This document shows, in pieces, positions 47,174-57,007 of a stretch of 64,000 bases of DNA. Origin of the DNA: Candidatus Latescibacterota bacterium (GTDB taxonomy: Bacteria > Latescibacterota > UBA2968 > UBA8231); the NCBI GenBank assembly GCA_965204725.1, contig OZ242005.1, forward strand, positions 1,920,001 to 1,984,000, read 5' to 3'. The notes under the pieces are model-generated. The model saw nothing but the letters and a program-made list of their open reading frames with translations. It was not told where the DNA came from and ran no database searches. Each line of letters opens with the position of its first letter. The stretch's first letter is position 1. A program made the translations under genes and the position numbers.

Positions 47174-48558
47174 GAGCGCGCTCCGGCGGTCAAGGCCGCA
47201 ATCAGTTCGGTCGCCGCTTCGCCGATGTCCCCAGCCCCCATGATCAGCACCAAGTCGCCCCGGCGACAGATGGCGACTAAGTGGGCGATGAGTTGGTCGC
47301 GGTCGGGTAGGTACTCGACCGCGTTGTACCCGCGGGCGCGCAAGGCGTCGGCGATCCGCTCGGAGCCTACGCCGGGCAGGGGGGCCTCTCGGGCGGCATA
47401 GACTGCGGCCAGCACGACGCAATCGGCCGCCGCGAGCGCGTCGGCAAAGGCCGCGCCCAAGTCGCGGGTGCGCGAGTACAGGTGGGGTTGGAAGACCGCG
47501 ATAACTCGGCGGTCACTCTGCCGCGCAGCCGCCAAGGCCGCGGTCAATTCAGCCGGGTGATGGGCGTAGTCATCTACGATTAGCACGCCGGCGAATTCCC
47601 CCTTGCACTGAAAGCGCCGGTCGGCCCCGCCAAACTGCCCCAAGGCGTCGGCAATTGCCGCAAACTCCACTTGCAGGGCGCAGGTCAGGGCGGCGGCCCC
47701 AGCGGCATTGCGGACATTGTGGACGCCGTGGACCTGCAACTCGATCTCACCGAGCTTTTGCCCGTCGAAACACAGGGCAAACCGGCTGCCCCAAGCCCGC
47801 TCTTCGATCTCGGCGATCCGATAGTCGTTGTCGCCAGCCATGCCATAGGTCTGATGGGGGCGCTGCAAGCCGGCCAGCACCCGCTCCCCGACCAGCCCAT
47901 CCCCGGCCAGTACGCTGCGGCCGCAGAAGGGCAGGCGGGCGAGAAATTGGCCGAAGGCCCGCTCTAGGGCCTCCAAGCTCCCGTAGTAATCAAGGTGTTC
48001 GGCCTCTACATTCGTCACCAAGGCTAGGCTCGGATACAGGTGCAAGAAGCCGCCGGCGAACTCGTCGGCCTCCACTACGAAGACCTCGCCGCTCCCCAGC
48101 GCGGCTTGGGGCCGCCCGTTTACCCAGCCTCCGATCAAGACCTGAGGATCGAGGCCAGCGCGGCGCAAGACCGCGGCCACCATCGAAGCGGTCGTCGTCT
48201 TGCCGTGCGTGCCGGCGACAGCGAGGGTCAACGGCGTACGCGACAGCTCCCCGAGCACCTCGGCTCGGCTCGCCGTGGGAATGCCCTCGCGCGCGGCCGC
48301 CCGCCGCTCGGGATTGTCCGCCGGCACCGCGGCCGAATACACCACCAGATCGACGCCTTGGACGAGTTGGCTGTCGTGCCCTACCGCAACGGCGAACCCC
48401 TCTTGGTGTAGCAGCGCGATGCTCTGCGAGTCGGCCAGATCCGAGCCGCTTACCACGCAGCCCTTGGCGGCGAGGAGGCGGGCCAACCCCTCCATGCCCG
48501 CGCCGCCAATGCCCACGAGGTGGACGCGGCGATATTGGTCGAACAGGGTCTTCATCAT
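47170..48558 (-). CDS. murC: UDP-N-acetylmuramate--L-alanine ligase
   Basis: GIGGAGM, GTHGKTTT, EADE, DDYAHHP, FQPHLYSRT; ATGA overlap with ftsW. Confidence 0.95.
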   Translation of the reverse strand: MMKTLFDQYRRVHLVGIGGAGMEGLARLLAAKGCVVSGSDLADSQSIALLHQEGFAVAVGHDSQLVQGVDLVVYSAAVPADNPERRAAAREGIPTASRAEVLGELSRTPLTLAVAGTHGKTTTASMVAAVLRRAGLDPQVLIGGWVNGRPQAALGSGEVFVVEADEFAGGFLHLYPSLALVTNVEAEHLDYYGSLEALERAFGQFLARLPFCGRSVLAGDGLVGERVLAGLQRPHQTYGMAGDNDYRIAEIEERAWGSRFALCFDGQKLGEIELQVHGVHNVRNAAGAAALTCALQVEFAAIADALGQFGGADRRFQCKGEFAGVLIVDDYAHHPAELTAALAAARQSDRRVIAVFQPHLYSRTRDLGAAFADALAAADCVVLAAVYAAREAPLPGVGSERIADALRARGYNAVEYLPDRDQLIAHLVAICRRGDLVLIMGAGDIGEAATELIAALTAGARS

Positions 48559-49676
48559 TGCGAATGCACCAAGCGCTCTCGATGTCCGGGGATCGTGCGG
48601 GCAACCCCCAGCAAGATGCCGACCCCCGCCATGTTCCCCATCAGGGACGAGCCTCCGTAGCTGACAAAGGGCAGCGGCAAGCCGGTGGTGGGTAGGACCC
48701 CGATGACCACGCCGATGTTCAGCAGGGCGTATATCGAAATCATCGCCGTAATGCCGACGGCGACCAAAAAGCCATAGGGATCGCCGGCGCGCGCCCCGAT
48801 GCGTAGGCCGTAAAACGAAAACGCCGCGAAAAGCCCCAGTACGGCTAGGGCACCCACGAGCCCCATTTCCTCGCCGATGACCGCGAAGACAAAGTCGGTG
48901 TGTGGTTCGGGCAGGTAGTGCTCTTTTTGCATGCTGTTGCCCAAACCCACCCCCAAAAGGCCGCCGTGGCCCATGCCGCACAGGGACTGCAAAAGCTGAT
49001 AGGAGCCAGCCGGATCGCGCTCTGGGTCGATAAAGTTGACCAAGCGGCGCATCTGATAGCTCGAATGCATCAGGGAAAGCCCAACGCCCAACAGCGCGAG
49101 CAGCCCGGCCCCAGCCAAGTGGTGCCAGCGCATTCCGCCGACCCACAGCATGGTCAAGGCAATCAGCCCCAGCGCAATCGTCGTCCCCAAGTCGGGCTGC
49201 AGTACGATGAGCACCAGCGCACAGCCGACGACCAACAACCGGGGGACAAACCCGTGGCGAAAGTCGTGTAACTCGTCGCGTTTGCGCACCAAGACATCCG
49301 CCAAGTAGAGCACCAAGGCCAGCTTGGCGAACTCGGCCGGCTGAAAGGCTACGCTCCCGCCCAAGGCCGGAATGCTCAACCAGCGTTGGGCCGCGCCATG
49401 GCCCCACGCCAAGACCAGCAAGAGCAACGCCAAGGCCACCAGCATGATCGGCCGCGAAAAGCGCGCCCACCACTGCAAGGGCAGCCGCGCAAACGCGAGC
49501 ATGAGCACCAAGCCGATGCCGACGCGGATGGACTGCTTCTTGAGGAAGAAGCCCGAATCGCCAAAGCGCACATGGGCCAAAACCGAACTAGAGCTATAGA
49601 CCATGACCAGCCCCAGACCTACCAGTATCAGGCAGATCAGCAACACGCACATGCTGTCGCGCTGCACAGCTATCAT
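48555..49676 (-). CDS. ftsW: SEDS peptidoglycan polymerase FtsW
   Basis: FQPAEFAK, QPDLGT, LPEPHTDF, LPFVSYGGSS. Confidence 0.95.
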   Translation of the reverse strand: MIAVQRDSMCVLLICLILVGLGLVMVYSSSSVLAHVRFGDSGFFLKKQSIRVGIGLVLMLAFARLPLQWWARFSRPIMLVALALLLLVLAWGHGAAQRWLSIPALGGSVAFQPAEFAKLALVLYLADVLVRKRDELHDFRHGFVPRLLVVGCALVLIVLQPDLGTTIALGLIALTMLWVGGMRWHHLAGAGLLALLGVGLSLMHSSYQMRRLVNFIDPERDPAGSYQLLQSLCGMGHGGLLGVGLGNSMQKEHYLPEPHTDFVFAVIGEEMGLVGALAVLGLFAAFSFYGLRIGARAGDPYGFLVAVGITAMISIYALLNIGVVIGVLPTTGLPLPFVSYGGSSLMGNMAGVGILLGVARTIPGHRERLVHSQ

Positions 49677-49741
49677 CCGCGAGAAACTCTTGGGTTGCTT
49701 AGGAGATTGAGAATGCGCCCGGTGGGAGCGAGCGATCTTCG

Positions 49742-51115
49742 CTACTGCAGAATGCGCTCGACGACTCGTTCAAAGGCCATCGCTCGGGAGGCCTTGACCA
49801 AGACCACGTCGCCGTGGCGCAGTTGCGCCGCAGCAAATTCCCCGAGCTGATCGGGCCGCTCGAAGTGCCGAGCCGCGTCTTGGGCCAAGCCGGCGGCGCG
49901 GGCCGCGGCCACCAAGTGCGCGCTTTCGCAACCGGCAGCCAAGACCATGTCGGCGCACTCCGCGGCCTTCGCTCCGACGACCGCGTGCAGCGAGCCGCTC
50001 TCCGCTCCGAGCTCCAGCATGTCGCCGAGCACGGCGATTTTCCGGGACCCGGGCATGTCGCTGAGCAGGTCGAGCGCGGCCGCCATCGAGCTCGGACTGG
50101 CATTGTAGCAATCGTCGATTGCTGCGACCCCATTTTTGCACACGATCTCGCCGCGCTGACTCACCGCCTTAAACTCGGCGAGGGCGCGCTGGATCCCTGC
50201 CCAAGGCACGCCGAGGATGCGACCGACCGCGGCCGCGGCCAAGGCGTTGTACGCGTTGTGCCGCCCCGGGACCTCGATATCGATGGGAACGCGCTGTAGA
50301 AGGAAGTGGCCGCAGCCCTTCTGGTCGAGGACGAGCCTCTCCCCACGAAACTCGCTCTCACGCGCAAAACCGAAGGTCAGGAGTCTCCCCTTTGTCCTCT
50401 TTACCTCCTGAGCCACGACACGGTCATCGGCGTTGACGAGAGCCGTTAAAGACTCGTCTAGATAATCCAGAAGCTCCCCTTTGGCCTTGGCCACTCCTTC
50501 TACAGATCCAAAAAACTCTAGGTGTGCAGTCCCGATGTTGAGCAAAACCCCAACGGTAGGTTCGGCAACCGAACACAGATAGCGGATATCCCCTATTCGC
50601 CGCGCCGCCAGTTCCAGCACCACAGCTTCGTGCCTGGGCGACAGTTGCAGCAAAGTGCGGGGCACCCCGATTTCGTTGTTCTCACTGCCAATGGTTTTTA
50701 AGACGCGATACCGCTGCCCCAAGACCGCGGCGATCATTTCCTTGGTCGTCGTCTTGCCGGCACTGCCGACAACGGCCACCACCGGCACCTCCCAGTGCCG
50801 CCGGTACGCCCGCGCTATATCGCCGAGGGCGTGTAGCGTCGAATCGACGACCAACAGCGGGCCGGAGATCGAGGTCGCCCGGTCCAACCCGCGCCAGCGG
50901 CGTTCTACTAAGGCGGCACCCGCGCCGCGAGCAAAGGCCGCCTCGACGAAGTCGTGCCCGTCGAAGTGCTCGCCCCGCAGCGCGACGAACAACTCGCCCT
51001 CGTCAATAGACCGGCTATCGGTCGCCACCGCTTGCAGGGCGCGGTCTGGCTGGAGGCTACCGATTGGGTCGGCCGCCGTCCACTGCACCAGCTCGCTCAG
51101 GGTCACGGCGCGCAT
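49742..51115 (-). CDS. murF: UDP-MurNAc-tripeptide--D-Ala-D-Ala ligase
   Basis: TDSR, GSAGKTTTKE, NNEIGVP, DCYNASPSSM, GDMLELG, KASR. Confidence 0.95.
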   Translation of the reverse strand: MRAVTLSELVQWTAADPIGSLQPDRALQAVATDSRSIDEGELFVALRGEHFDGHDFVEAAFARGAGAALVERRWRGLDRATSISGPLLVVDSTLHALGDIARAYRRHWEVPVVAVVGSAGKTTTKEMIAAVLGQRYRVLKTIGSENNEIGVPRTLLQLSPRHEAVVLELAARRIGDIRYLCSVAEPTVGVLLNIGTAHLEFFGSVEGVAKAKGELLDYLDESLTALVNADDRVVAQEVKRTKGRLLTFGFARESEFRGERLVLDQKGCGHFLLQRVPIDIEVPGRHNAYNALAAAAVGRILGVPWAGIQRALAEFKAVSQRGEIVCKNGVAAIDDCYNASPSSMAAALDLLSDMPGSRKIAVLGDMLELGAESGSLHAVVGAKAAECADMVLAAGCESAHLVAAARAAGLAQDAARHFERPDQLGEFAAAQLRHGDVVLVKASRAMAFERVVERILQ

Positions 51116-52587
51116 AGCGGCTGTCCTTCTCGGGCGCGCAAATCCCGCAACACGCGGCGCGCCACTTCGCGGTCGTCAAAGGCCACGACGCGGTCGGCTA
51201 GTTCCTGCTCCTGTTCGTGCCCCTTACCGGCAATGACCACGACGTCGCCGCGCTGCGCTGCGGCGAGGGCTGTGGCAATGGCTTGGGCGCGATCTACTTC
51301 GCGGTGGACCGCACTGGGGTCGGGCGCGCCCGCGGCCATCTCGTCCATGATGCGCTGCGGGTCCTCGCTGCGCGGGTTGTCCGCAGTCAAGACCGTCCAA
51401 TCGGCCTGCTCTCCAGCGACGCGGCCCATGAGCATCCGCTTGCCGCGGTCGCGGTCCCCGCCGCAACCGCAGACGCAGATCAAGCGACCGCTTCCCAAGC
51501 CCCGGGCAGCGTGCAAAACCCTTTCCAGCGCATCCGGGGTGTGGGCGTAATCCACGACGACCGCAAAGTCCTGCCCCTCAGAGATCGGCTCGCAACGACC
51601 CGGGACGCGCTCCAGTGCGGCCACGCCGCGGCGCAGCGCGTCGGCATCCAAATTTAGCGCCAACCCCGTGGCCACCACGGCCATCGTATTGTAGTAGTTG
51701 AAGTGGCCGAGCAAATGCGTCTGTACCTCCATGGGGCCGGCTGGGGTATCCAAATACAGGTGCGTCCCCTGCGGGCCACGGTCTGCGCGTTGTAAGCGCA
51801 CCTCGGCTTCGGGGCCACAGCCGTACGTCACGACGCGGACTTGGGTCCTACGAGCTAATTCGTCGGCGTGGGCATCGTCGGCGTTGAGCACCGCAATCGC
51901 GCCTTCTTGCAGCCCCTCAAAAAGCCGAGCTTTGGCCGCAAAGTACGCCTCCCAAGTCCCGTGAAAATCCAAGTGATCGCGCGTCAAATTGGTAAAAATT
52001 GCCACTTGAAAGGGAATGCCCTCCACCCGCTTTAAGGCCAGCCCATGGGAGGACACCTCTAGCACGGCGACCCGCTTGCCGGCATGGACGAGCCGACGCA
52101 GTAAGCCGTGTAGCTGGACGGCCTCGGGCGTCGTATTATCCATCTTTTCCAATTCGCCATCGCACCAAAACCCCAAGGTCCCCAAATACCCGCACGGCAG
52201 GCCAGCGGCTTCGAGGGCACTCCTGAGTAGGAAGGCAGTAGTGGTCTTGCCGTTGGTGCCGGTGACGCCGACGTTGACAAGCGCGCGGCCGGGAAAGGCG
52301 TAAAAGCGCGCGGCCATGCGGGCCAGCGCGGCCCGGCAGTCTGCCACCTGTACCTGCGTGACTCCCGTGCAATCAATCCGCTCCTCCACCATCACGGCGC
52401 GGGCGCCGCGGGCGATGGCATGATCGACAAAACGGTGCCGATCTTGCTCCTGTCCCCCGCGCACGGCCACAAAAAAGTCGCCTTCCTCCACGCAGCGCGA
52501 ATCGCAACGGATTTGCCCTAGGTCAATATCTGGGTCGCCCTTCACGCAGGCGTCGGGCAGGTCTTCGAGCAGGTATTTGAGTTCCAT
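51103..52587 (-). CDS. murE: UDP-MurNAc-dipeptide--meso-DAP ligase
   Basis: GTNGKTTT, EVSSHGL, DHLDFH, DYAHTPD, DNPR (meso-DAP type), GKGHE. Confidence 0.95.
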   Translation of the reverse strand: MELKYLLEDLPDACVKGDPDIDLGQIRCDSRCVEEGDFFVAVRGGQEQDRHRFVDHAIARGARAVMVEERIDCTGVTQVQVADCRAALARMAARFYAFPGRALVNVGVTGTNGKTTTAFLLRSALEAAGLPCGYLGTLGFWCDGELEKMDNTTPEAVQLHGLLRRLVHAGKRVAVLEVSSHGLALKRVEGIPFQVAIFTNLTRDHLDFHGTWEAYFAAKARLFEGLQEGAIAVLNADDAHADELARRTQVRVVTYGCGPEAEVRLQRADRGPQGTHLYLDTPAGPMEVQTHLLGHFNYYNTMAVVATGLALNLDADALRRGVAALERVPGRCEPISEGQDFAVVVDYAHTPDALERVLHAARGLGSGRLICVCGCGGDRDRGKRMLMGRVAGEQADWTVLTADNPRSEDPQRIMDEMAAGAPDPSAVHREVDRAQAIATALAAAQRGDVVVIAGKGHEQEQELADRVVAFDDREVARRVLRDLRAREGQPLCAP

Positions 52588-54351
52588 CTAAATCCGACCC
52601 GGCGCGGATGGTTGATTGCGGACTAAGGCGACCGGCCCTTCTTGCTGCAAATGCTGGGCCGCAGGCTCAACCAACAAGCCGCCGGGCTGCGTGATGATCC
52701 GCTTCATCACGCGCTGGAAGGCCGGAGCCGCCACGTATCCTCCCCACCCGTTTACGCGGGGGTTTTCGACCATGATCACGCACACGTACTGGGGATCGTC
52801 GGTCGGCAGGAAGCCGACAAACGAGGCGATGCTGGCGTTGGGGTCGTAGCCGCTGCCACCGACTACGGCGCGCTGGGCCGTGCCCGTCTTGCCGGCCACG
52901 CCCATGCCCTTGATGCGGGCCTTTTGCCCGGTGCCCTTTTCCACGACTCCCGTCAGCACCTCGGCCAGCGTCGCCGCCGTCTTCCGACTCACGACCCGGC
53001 GGACCGATTGGGGGCTGCCGCGACTTTTGAACTGACCGTCCGCGTCAATCGTCCCGGCGACGATCCGCGGGGCCATCAGGACGCCGCCGTTGGCAATGGC
53101 GCCGTACGCCATGGCGAGTTGCAGGGCGGTCACCCCGATTTCCTGCCCGATGGCAATGGTCGCCAGCGAGCGCTTGGACCACTGATCGACTTCCTGCAAC
53201 AGACCGGGCGTTTCCGCCGGCAGGTCAATGCCGGTGCGAATGGCAAAGCCAAAGTTGCGGATGTGCTCGTAAAAGCGGTGCCGCGACAGCCGCTGCGCCA
53301 ACTTGATGGTGCCGATGTTGCTCGACTTTTCCAAAACCTGCGCAAAGAGCAAATCGCCGCAGGGCTGGACGTCGCGGATGAGGTCCCCGTTGGCCAACCG
53401 GAACGTCCCCCACTCGCAAAAGATGCGGTCTTGCAGGCTGGTTATCCCGTCTTCAAGGACGGAAGCGGCCGCGATGACTTTGAAGGTCGAACCGGGTTCG
53501 TACACGTCGGTTATCGCGCGGTTGCGCCTGAGTTCGGGCGATGAGCGGGACGCCTTATTGGGGTCGAAAAGCGGCAAGTTGGCCATGGCCAACACCTCGC
53601 CGCTGCGCGGGGCGACGATGACGCCCAAAGCACCTTGGGCCTTTGAGCCATCGATGGCTCGTTGCAGCTCTTCCTCGAGAATATCCTGATAGACGGCGTC
53701 TAGGGTCAGCACTAAGTCGCGGCCGTGCTCTGGCTCCTCGCGGCGCTGCTGCCGCCCGGGCACCTGCTTGCCCCGCGCATCGACGTATCCGAGTATCGAG
53801 CCGTTCTTTTCGCGCAGCATGTCGTCAAAGGCCCGCTCAATCCCCTCGCGGCCGCTGTTGTCGATGTTGGTGTGCCCGATGAGTTGACCGGCCAGCGACC
53901 CCAAGGGGTACTCGCGGCGGGTCTCCGGGTGTTGGAACACACCGGCGTACGCGACCTCGCCCATATCTTCATCCACGACTTGGCGCGCCAAATAGACAAA
54001 CTGCTTGTCCCCGCGCAACTGGCGCTCAATGGACTCGGCCCGTTTATCGCTCAGCGGCGCGAAGTACGCGGCCACGCGCTTGGGGTCCTCAATCTGCTCG
54101 GGATGGGCGTAAAACGACGTGGCTTGGACATCTACGGCCAAGTTGTTGCCGCGCCGATCGACAATTCGGCCCCGACTCGCTTTCAACTCAACGCGGTGTA
54201 GGTACTGCTCAATAGCCTTGGTGCTGTAGGCCTCGTGCCGGACGATCTGGATTTGAACGAGGCGTCCCGACAAACCCAACCACGCCATCGCGCCCAAGAC
54301 CGCGATCCAACGCAGCCGATTAACGCCCGTATGTTGCACCCGTGGCCCCAT
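52588..54351 (-). CDS. ftsI: Penicillin-binding protein (FtsI/PBP3)
   Basis: RGRIVDR, EPGSTFK, SSN, KTGT; TGATG overlap with ftsL. Confidence 0.93.
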   Translation of the reverse strand: MGPRVQHTGVNRLRWIAVLGAMAWLGLSGRLVQIQIVRHEAYSTKAIEQYLHRVELKASRGRIVDRRGNNLAVDVQATSFYAHPEQIEDPKRVAAYFAPLSDKRAESIERQLRGDKQFVYLARQVVDEDMGEVAYAGVFQHPETRREYPLGSLAGQLIGHTNIDNSGREGIERAFDDMLREKNGSILGYVDARGKQVPGRQQRREEPEHGRDLVLTLDAVYQDILEEELQRAIDGSKAQGALGVIVAPRSGEVLAMANLPLFDPNKASRSSPELRRNRAITDVYEPGSTFKVIAAASVLEDGITSLQDRIFCEWGTFRLANGDLIRDVQPCGDLLFAQVLEKSSNIGTIKLAQRLSRHRFYEHIRNFGFAIRTGIDLPAETPGLLQEVDQWSKRSLATIAIGQEIGVTALQLAMAYGAIANGGVLMAPRIVAGTIDADGQFKSRGSPQSVRRVVSRKTAATLAEVLTGVVEKGTGQKARIKGMGVAGKTGTAQRAVVGGSGYDPNASIASFVGFLPTDDPQYVCVIMVENPRVNGWGGYVAAPAFQRVMKRIITQPGGLLVEPAAQHLQQEGPVALVRNQPSAPGRI

Positions 54352-54650
54352 CAATCGCCTTCCCAATGCGCCAAGGCACCACTCATTCTAGGGGTAACTT
54401 CTGCGGGATAAATCATCCCGAGCTGGCCGAGCGCGACTTTCTCGACAAAGCCGGAGTTTTTCTGCACCAAGATGGCGGTTAATAGCTTGGCGCGCTCCCT
54501 ATCGAGCTCGACTATTTGCGTCTCAGCCGTGGTGATGCCGCCGACCACTCGGGCCATTTCGACCTTTTGCCAGACGTGGAAGAGGGCCGCCCCGGCCAGC
54601 ATACCTATGAGGAGTACGCACTTCGCACAGGAAACTCCGCCTCTGCTCAT
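54351..54650 (-). CDS. ftsL: Cell division protein FtsL-like
   Basis: TM helix plus short coiled coil, A..QLGM..P; position between rsmH and ftsI. Confidence 0.7.
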   Translation of the reverse strand: MSRGGVSCAKCVLLIGMLAGAALFHVWQKVEMARVVGGITTAETQIVELDRERAKLLTAILVQKNSGFVEKVALGQLGMIYPAEVTPRMSGALAHWEGD

Positions 54651-54651
54651 G

Positions 54652-55578
54652 TCAGCTTACCTCGGTTTTTTCGTAGATTCTCAAAACGGCGCTGCGCGCC
54701 CGAGTGTTTTGCTCGACCTCGGCCTCGCTCGCCCGCTGCAACTTGGCCCCCACTCGCTTGAACGAGGGCTTGCGTCCGCAGGTGCAAACGGGCATGCGCG
54801 GCGGACAAGTACAGCCGCGTACCAGCGCCGCGAAATGCTGCTTGACTACCCGATCCTCCAAAGAGTGATACGCCACGACGGCCAGCCGACCACCGGGCTG
54901 CAACTCCGCCTCTACGGCCGTCAACCCCCCCTGCAACTGCCCCAACTCGTCGTTGACGGCAATGCGCAGGGCTTGGAACACGCGCGCCAGCGTCTTGTTG
55001 AGCCGCTGGGGCCGCGTGGCGGCTACGGCCTGCCGCAAAGCCTGCGTAGTGGTCAAGGGACCGAGCCGCTGCTGCCGGCCGATGGAGCGCGCGATGCGCC
55101 GCGCCGCCCGCTCTTCCCCGTAGCGCGCAATCAGATCGGCTAATTCGGCCTCGCTGTGCGCCGCGATCCATTCGGCGGCTGTGGGGCCAACTTCCGCATC
55201 CATCCGCATGTCGAGGGGGCCGTCGGCCCGATAGCTGAACCCCCGGGCCGGGGCGTCGAGCTGATGCGAGGAAACCCCTAAGTCGAACAGGACACCGCTC
55301 AACGGCCCGATTCCCGTCTGCGCCAGCAATCCGCTCAATTCGGCAAAGCAGCCGCGCCGCACGACCGCCCGCGCATCCGCCGCCAACCTCGCTCGCGCGG
55401 CCGCTACGGCTTCCCCATCCCGATCCACGGCGAGCAGCCGCCCCTTGGGACCGAGGGCCTGAAGCAAGGCCCCACTGTGGCCGCCGCCGCCGGCCGTCGC
55501 ATCTACGTACACGCCATCCGGGTCGGTGACCAACCCCGCGACCACTTCCGCGACCATGACTGGGACGTGATATGCCAT
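54652..55578 (-). CDS. rsmH: 16S rRNA m4C1402 methyltransferase
   Basis: HVPVM, DATAGGGGHS, DLGVSSHQLD, FQALRIAVNDEL, HSLEDR. Confidence 0.96.
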   Translation of the reverse strand: MAYHVPVMVAEVVAGLVTDPDGVYVDATAGGGGHSGALLQALGPKGRLLAVDRDGEAVAAARARLAADARAVVRRGCFAELSGLLAQTGIGPLSGVLFDLGVSSHQLDAPARGFSYRADGPLDMRMDAEVGPTAAEWIAAHSEAELADLIARYGEERAARRIARSIGRQQRLGPLTTTQALRQAVAATRPQRLNKTLARVFQALRIAVNDELGQLQGGLTAVEAELQPGGRLAVVAYHSLEDRVVKQHFAALVRGCTCPPRMPVCTCGRKPSFKRVGAKLQRASEAEVEQNTRARSAVLRIYEKTEVS

Positions 55579-55597
55579 GTTTCGGATTCATAGCTCG

Positions 55598-56041
55598 TTA
55601 TAGCTCTATATCAAATTCGGCCAAGGTATCGGCCAAGTCTTCGAGCGGTGGAAATTCCTCGCTGTTTTCTGGACTCCAAAACTCCAACTTATCCAATGCC
55701 CCGATGATCACCATCTGATCGGTAATGCCGGCCTTCGCTAGGATCTGGCGCGGAATACTGACCCGGCCCTGTCGATCCATTTTGATTTCGGCTGAGTACG
55801 AAAGTTTCCAGCGAATGTAGTCCCGCACCTTGCGATTGTTGTTCCGCAACTGGCGCAGCTGGGCGGCTTTCTCTTCCCAGATGTGCTGGGGATAAGCCTC
55901 TAGGCAACCGTCAAAATCCCGCATCACCACGAAGGTGTCGTCGGATTCTAGCGGCAGTTTTTTGCGGAACTCGGCCGGCACAAAAATCCGCCCCTTGTCG
56001 TCGACAGGAACCTCGTGCCTACCCGTGAAAAACTGTGCCAT
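55598..56041 (-). CDS. mraZ: Division/cell-wall cluster repressor MraZ
   Basis: DDKGRIFVP and MDRQGRVSIP duplicated motifs; first gene of the dcw cluster. Confidence 0.93.
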   Translation of the reverse strand: MAQFFTGRHEVPVDDKGRIFVPAEFRKKLPLESDDTFVVMRDFDGCLEAYPQHIWEEKAAQLRQLRNNNRKVRDYIRWKLSYSAEIKMDRQGRVSIPRQILAKAGITDQMVIIGALDKLEFWSPENSEEFPPLEDLADTLAEFDIEL

Positions 56042-56071
56042 TTAATGCCCGCGCTCAGTGTAAAATCTCCG

Positions 56072-56100
56072 TTCCACCACTTTCCACCACTTTCCACCAC
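56072..56100 (-). promoter_or_regulatory. MraZ operator repeats
   Basis: Three 10-nt-phased GTGGTGGAA(A) repeats just upstream of mraZ. Confidence 0.8.
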
Positions 56101-56280
56101 GCCCCAAAATACACCTACATTAACGGGGCTGTCAAGCACATTTTTTTCATATTTTTCAAAGAGATAGGGCCGTTTCAAAGGCCGAGCACACTAATTTGTG
56201 CAATAATCACACTTATTTGTGTGTAAGCGACCTACGGCTCGCTCTCTTTAATCCTCGTCTCGGCTGTCATATTGACACAG

Positions 56281-56318
56281 AAAAAGGGGGAGCCAGCGCG
56301 TGGTCCACCCCCCTCTTT
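56281..56318 (-). terminator. Probable terminator after trmB
   Basis: Minus strand GGGGGGTGGACCA-loop-TGGCTCCCCCC followed by T-run (imperfect). Confidence 0.5.
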
Positions 56319-56337
56319 GTACGCTCGACGGGTTTCT

Positions 56338-56940
56338 TTACGCCGACATCTTCTCCACGACCCGGCGGTAAATCGGCTTGCCTTGGGCTAGGAATTTGTC
56401 CTCGTAATTCGTCCGCGCCCCCAACCACTCTACATCCGCCTCGACCAAGCACGAGCTGGTGGCCAACGCGGCGAGCATGACGTCGAAGTAGTCGGCGTAA
56501 TCCGTGGCTAGCCACAACTGGCCGCCCACGCACAACGTGCGCTCGACTTCGCGCAGAAACTCCTCGTTAAAGAGCCGCCGCTTGTGGTGCCGCTTCTTGG
56601 GCCAAGGATCGGGAAAGTAGATGTGATAGGCCCGCACCGATGCAGCGGCCACGAAGAATTCGACGAATTCCCGCGCATCCACGTGCGCGAACCGCACGTT
56701 GCCGAGATTGCGGCGCACGGCGCGCTGGCGGGCAATGCGCACGTATTTAGCCGCCCATTCGATCCCGACGAAATTCACTGCGGGCTGGCGGCTAGCGGCG
56801 TCGATGATAAAGCGCCCTTTGCCAATGCCGATTTCGACTTCCACCGGCTGGTCGTTGCCAAAAACCGCCCGCCAATCCAACGTCGGATCTTGGTCTGGGT
56901 TGTCCGGTAATACCAAAAAACCCGCCCCGGTCTGCTCCAT
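56338..56940 (-). CDS. trmB: tRNA (guanine-N7) methyltransferase
   Basis: VEIGIGKG, FPDPWPKKRHHKRR, ATD, TNYEDKF. Confidence 0.93.
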   Translation of the reverse strand: MEQTGAGFLVLPDNPDQDPTLDWRAVFGNDQPVEVEIGIGKGRFIIDAASRQPAVNFVGIEWAAKYVRIARQRAVRRNLGNVRFAHVDAREFVEFFVAAASVRAYHIYFPDPWPKKRHHKRRLFNEEFLREVERTLCVGGQLWLATDYADYFDVMLAALATSSCLVEADVEWLGARTNYEDKFLAQGKPIYRRVVEKMSA

Positions 56941-57007
56941 CAAATTCTCCCCAAAGAAAAGGCGCTCCCCGGAGGGAGCGCCGGACCAGCAACGCTGCGA
57001 ATCGGGA

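Noticed and set aside
46355-47422. 355-aa FtsQ and similarly over-extended ORF calls for trmB, iscS, cysK, yyaL, purE and degT
   Set aside because: The upstream extensions overlap neighbouring genes; shorter starts with RBS or stop/start coupling were chosen.
47170-49473. 767-aa ORF suggesting an N-terminally extended MurC
   Set aside because: The extension is an alternative frame of ftsW; the true start is the ATG at 48558 overlapping the ftsW stop.
56072-56100. TTTCCACCAC x3 as a novel tandem repeat or iteron
   Set aside because: It is explained by the known MraZ operator repeats upstream of mraZ.
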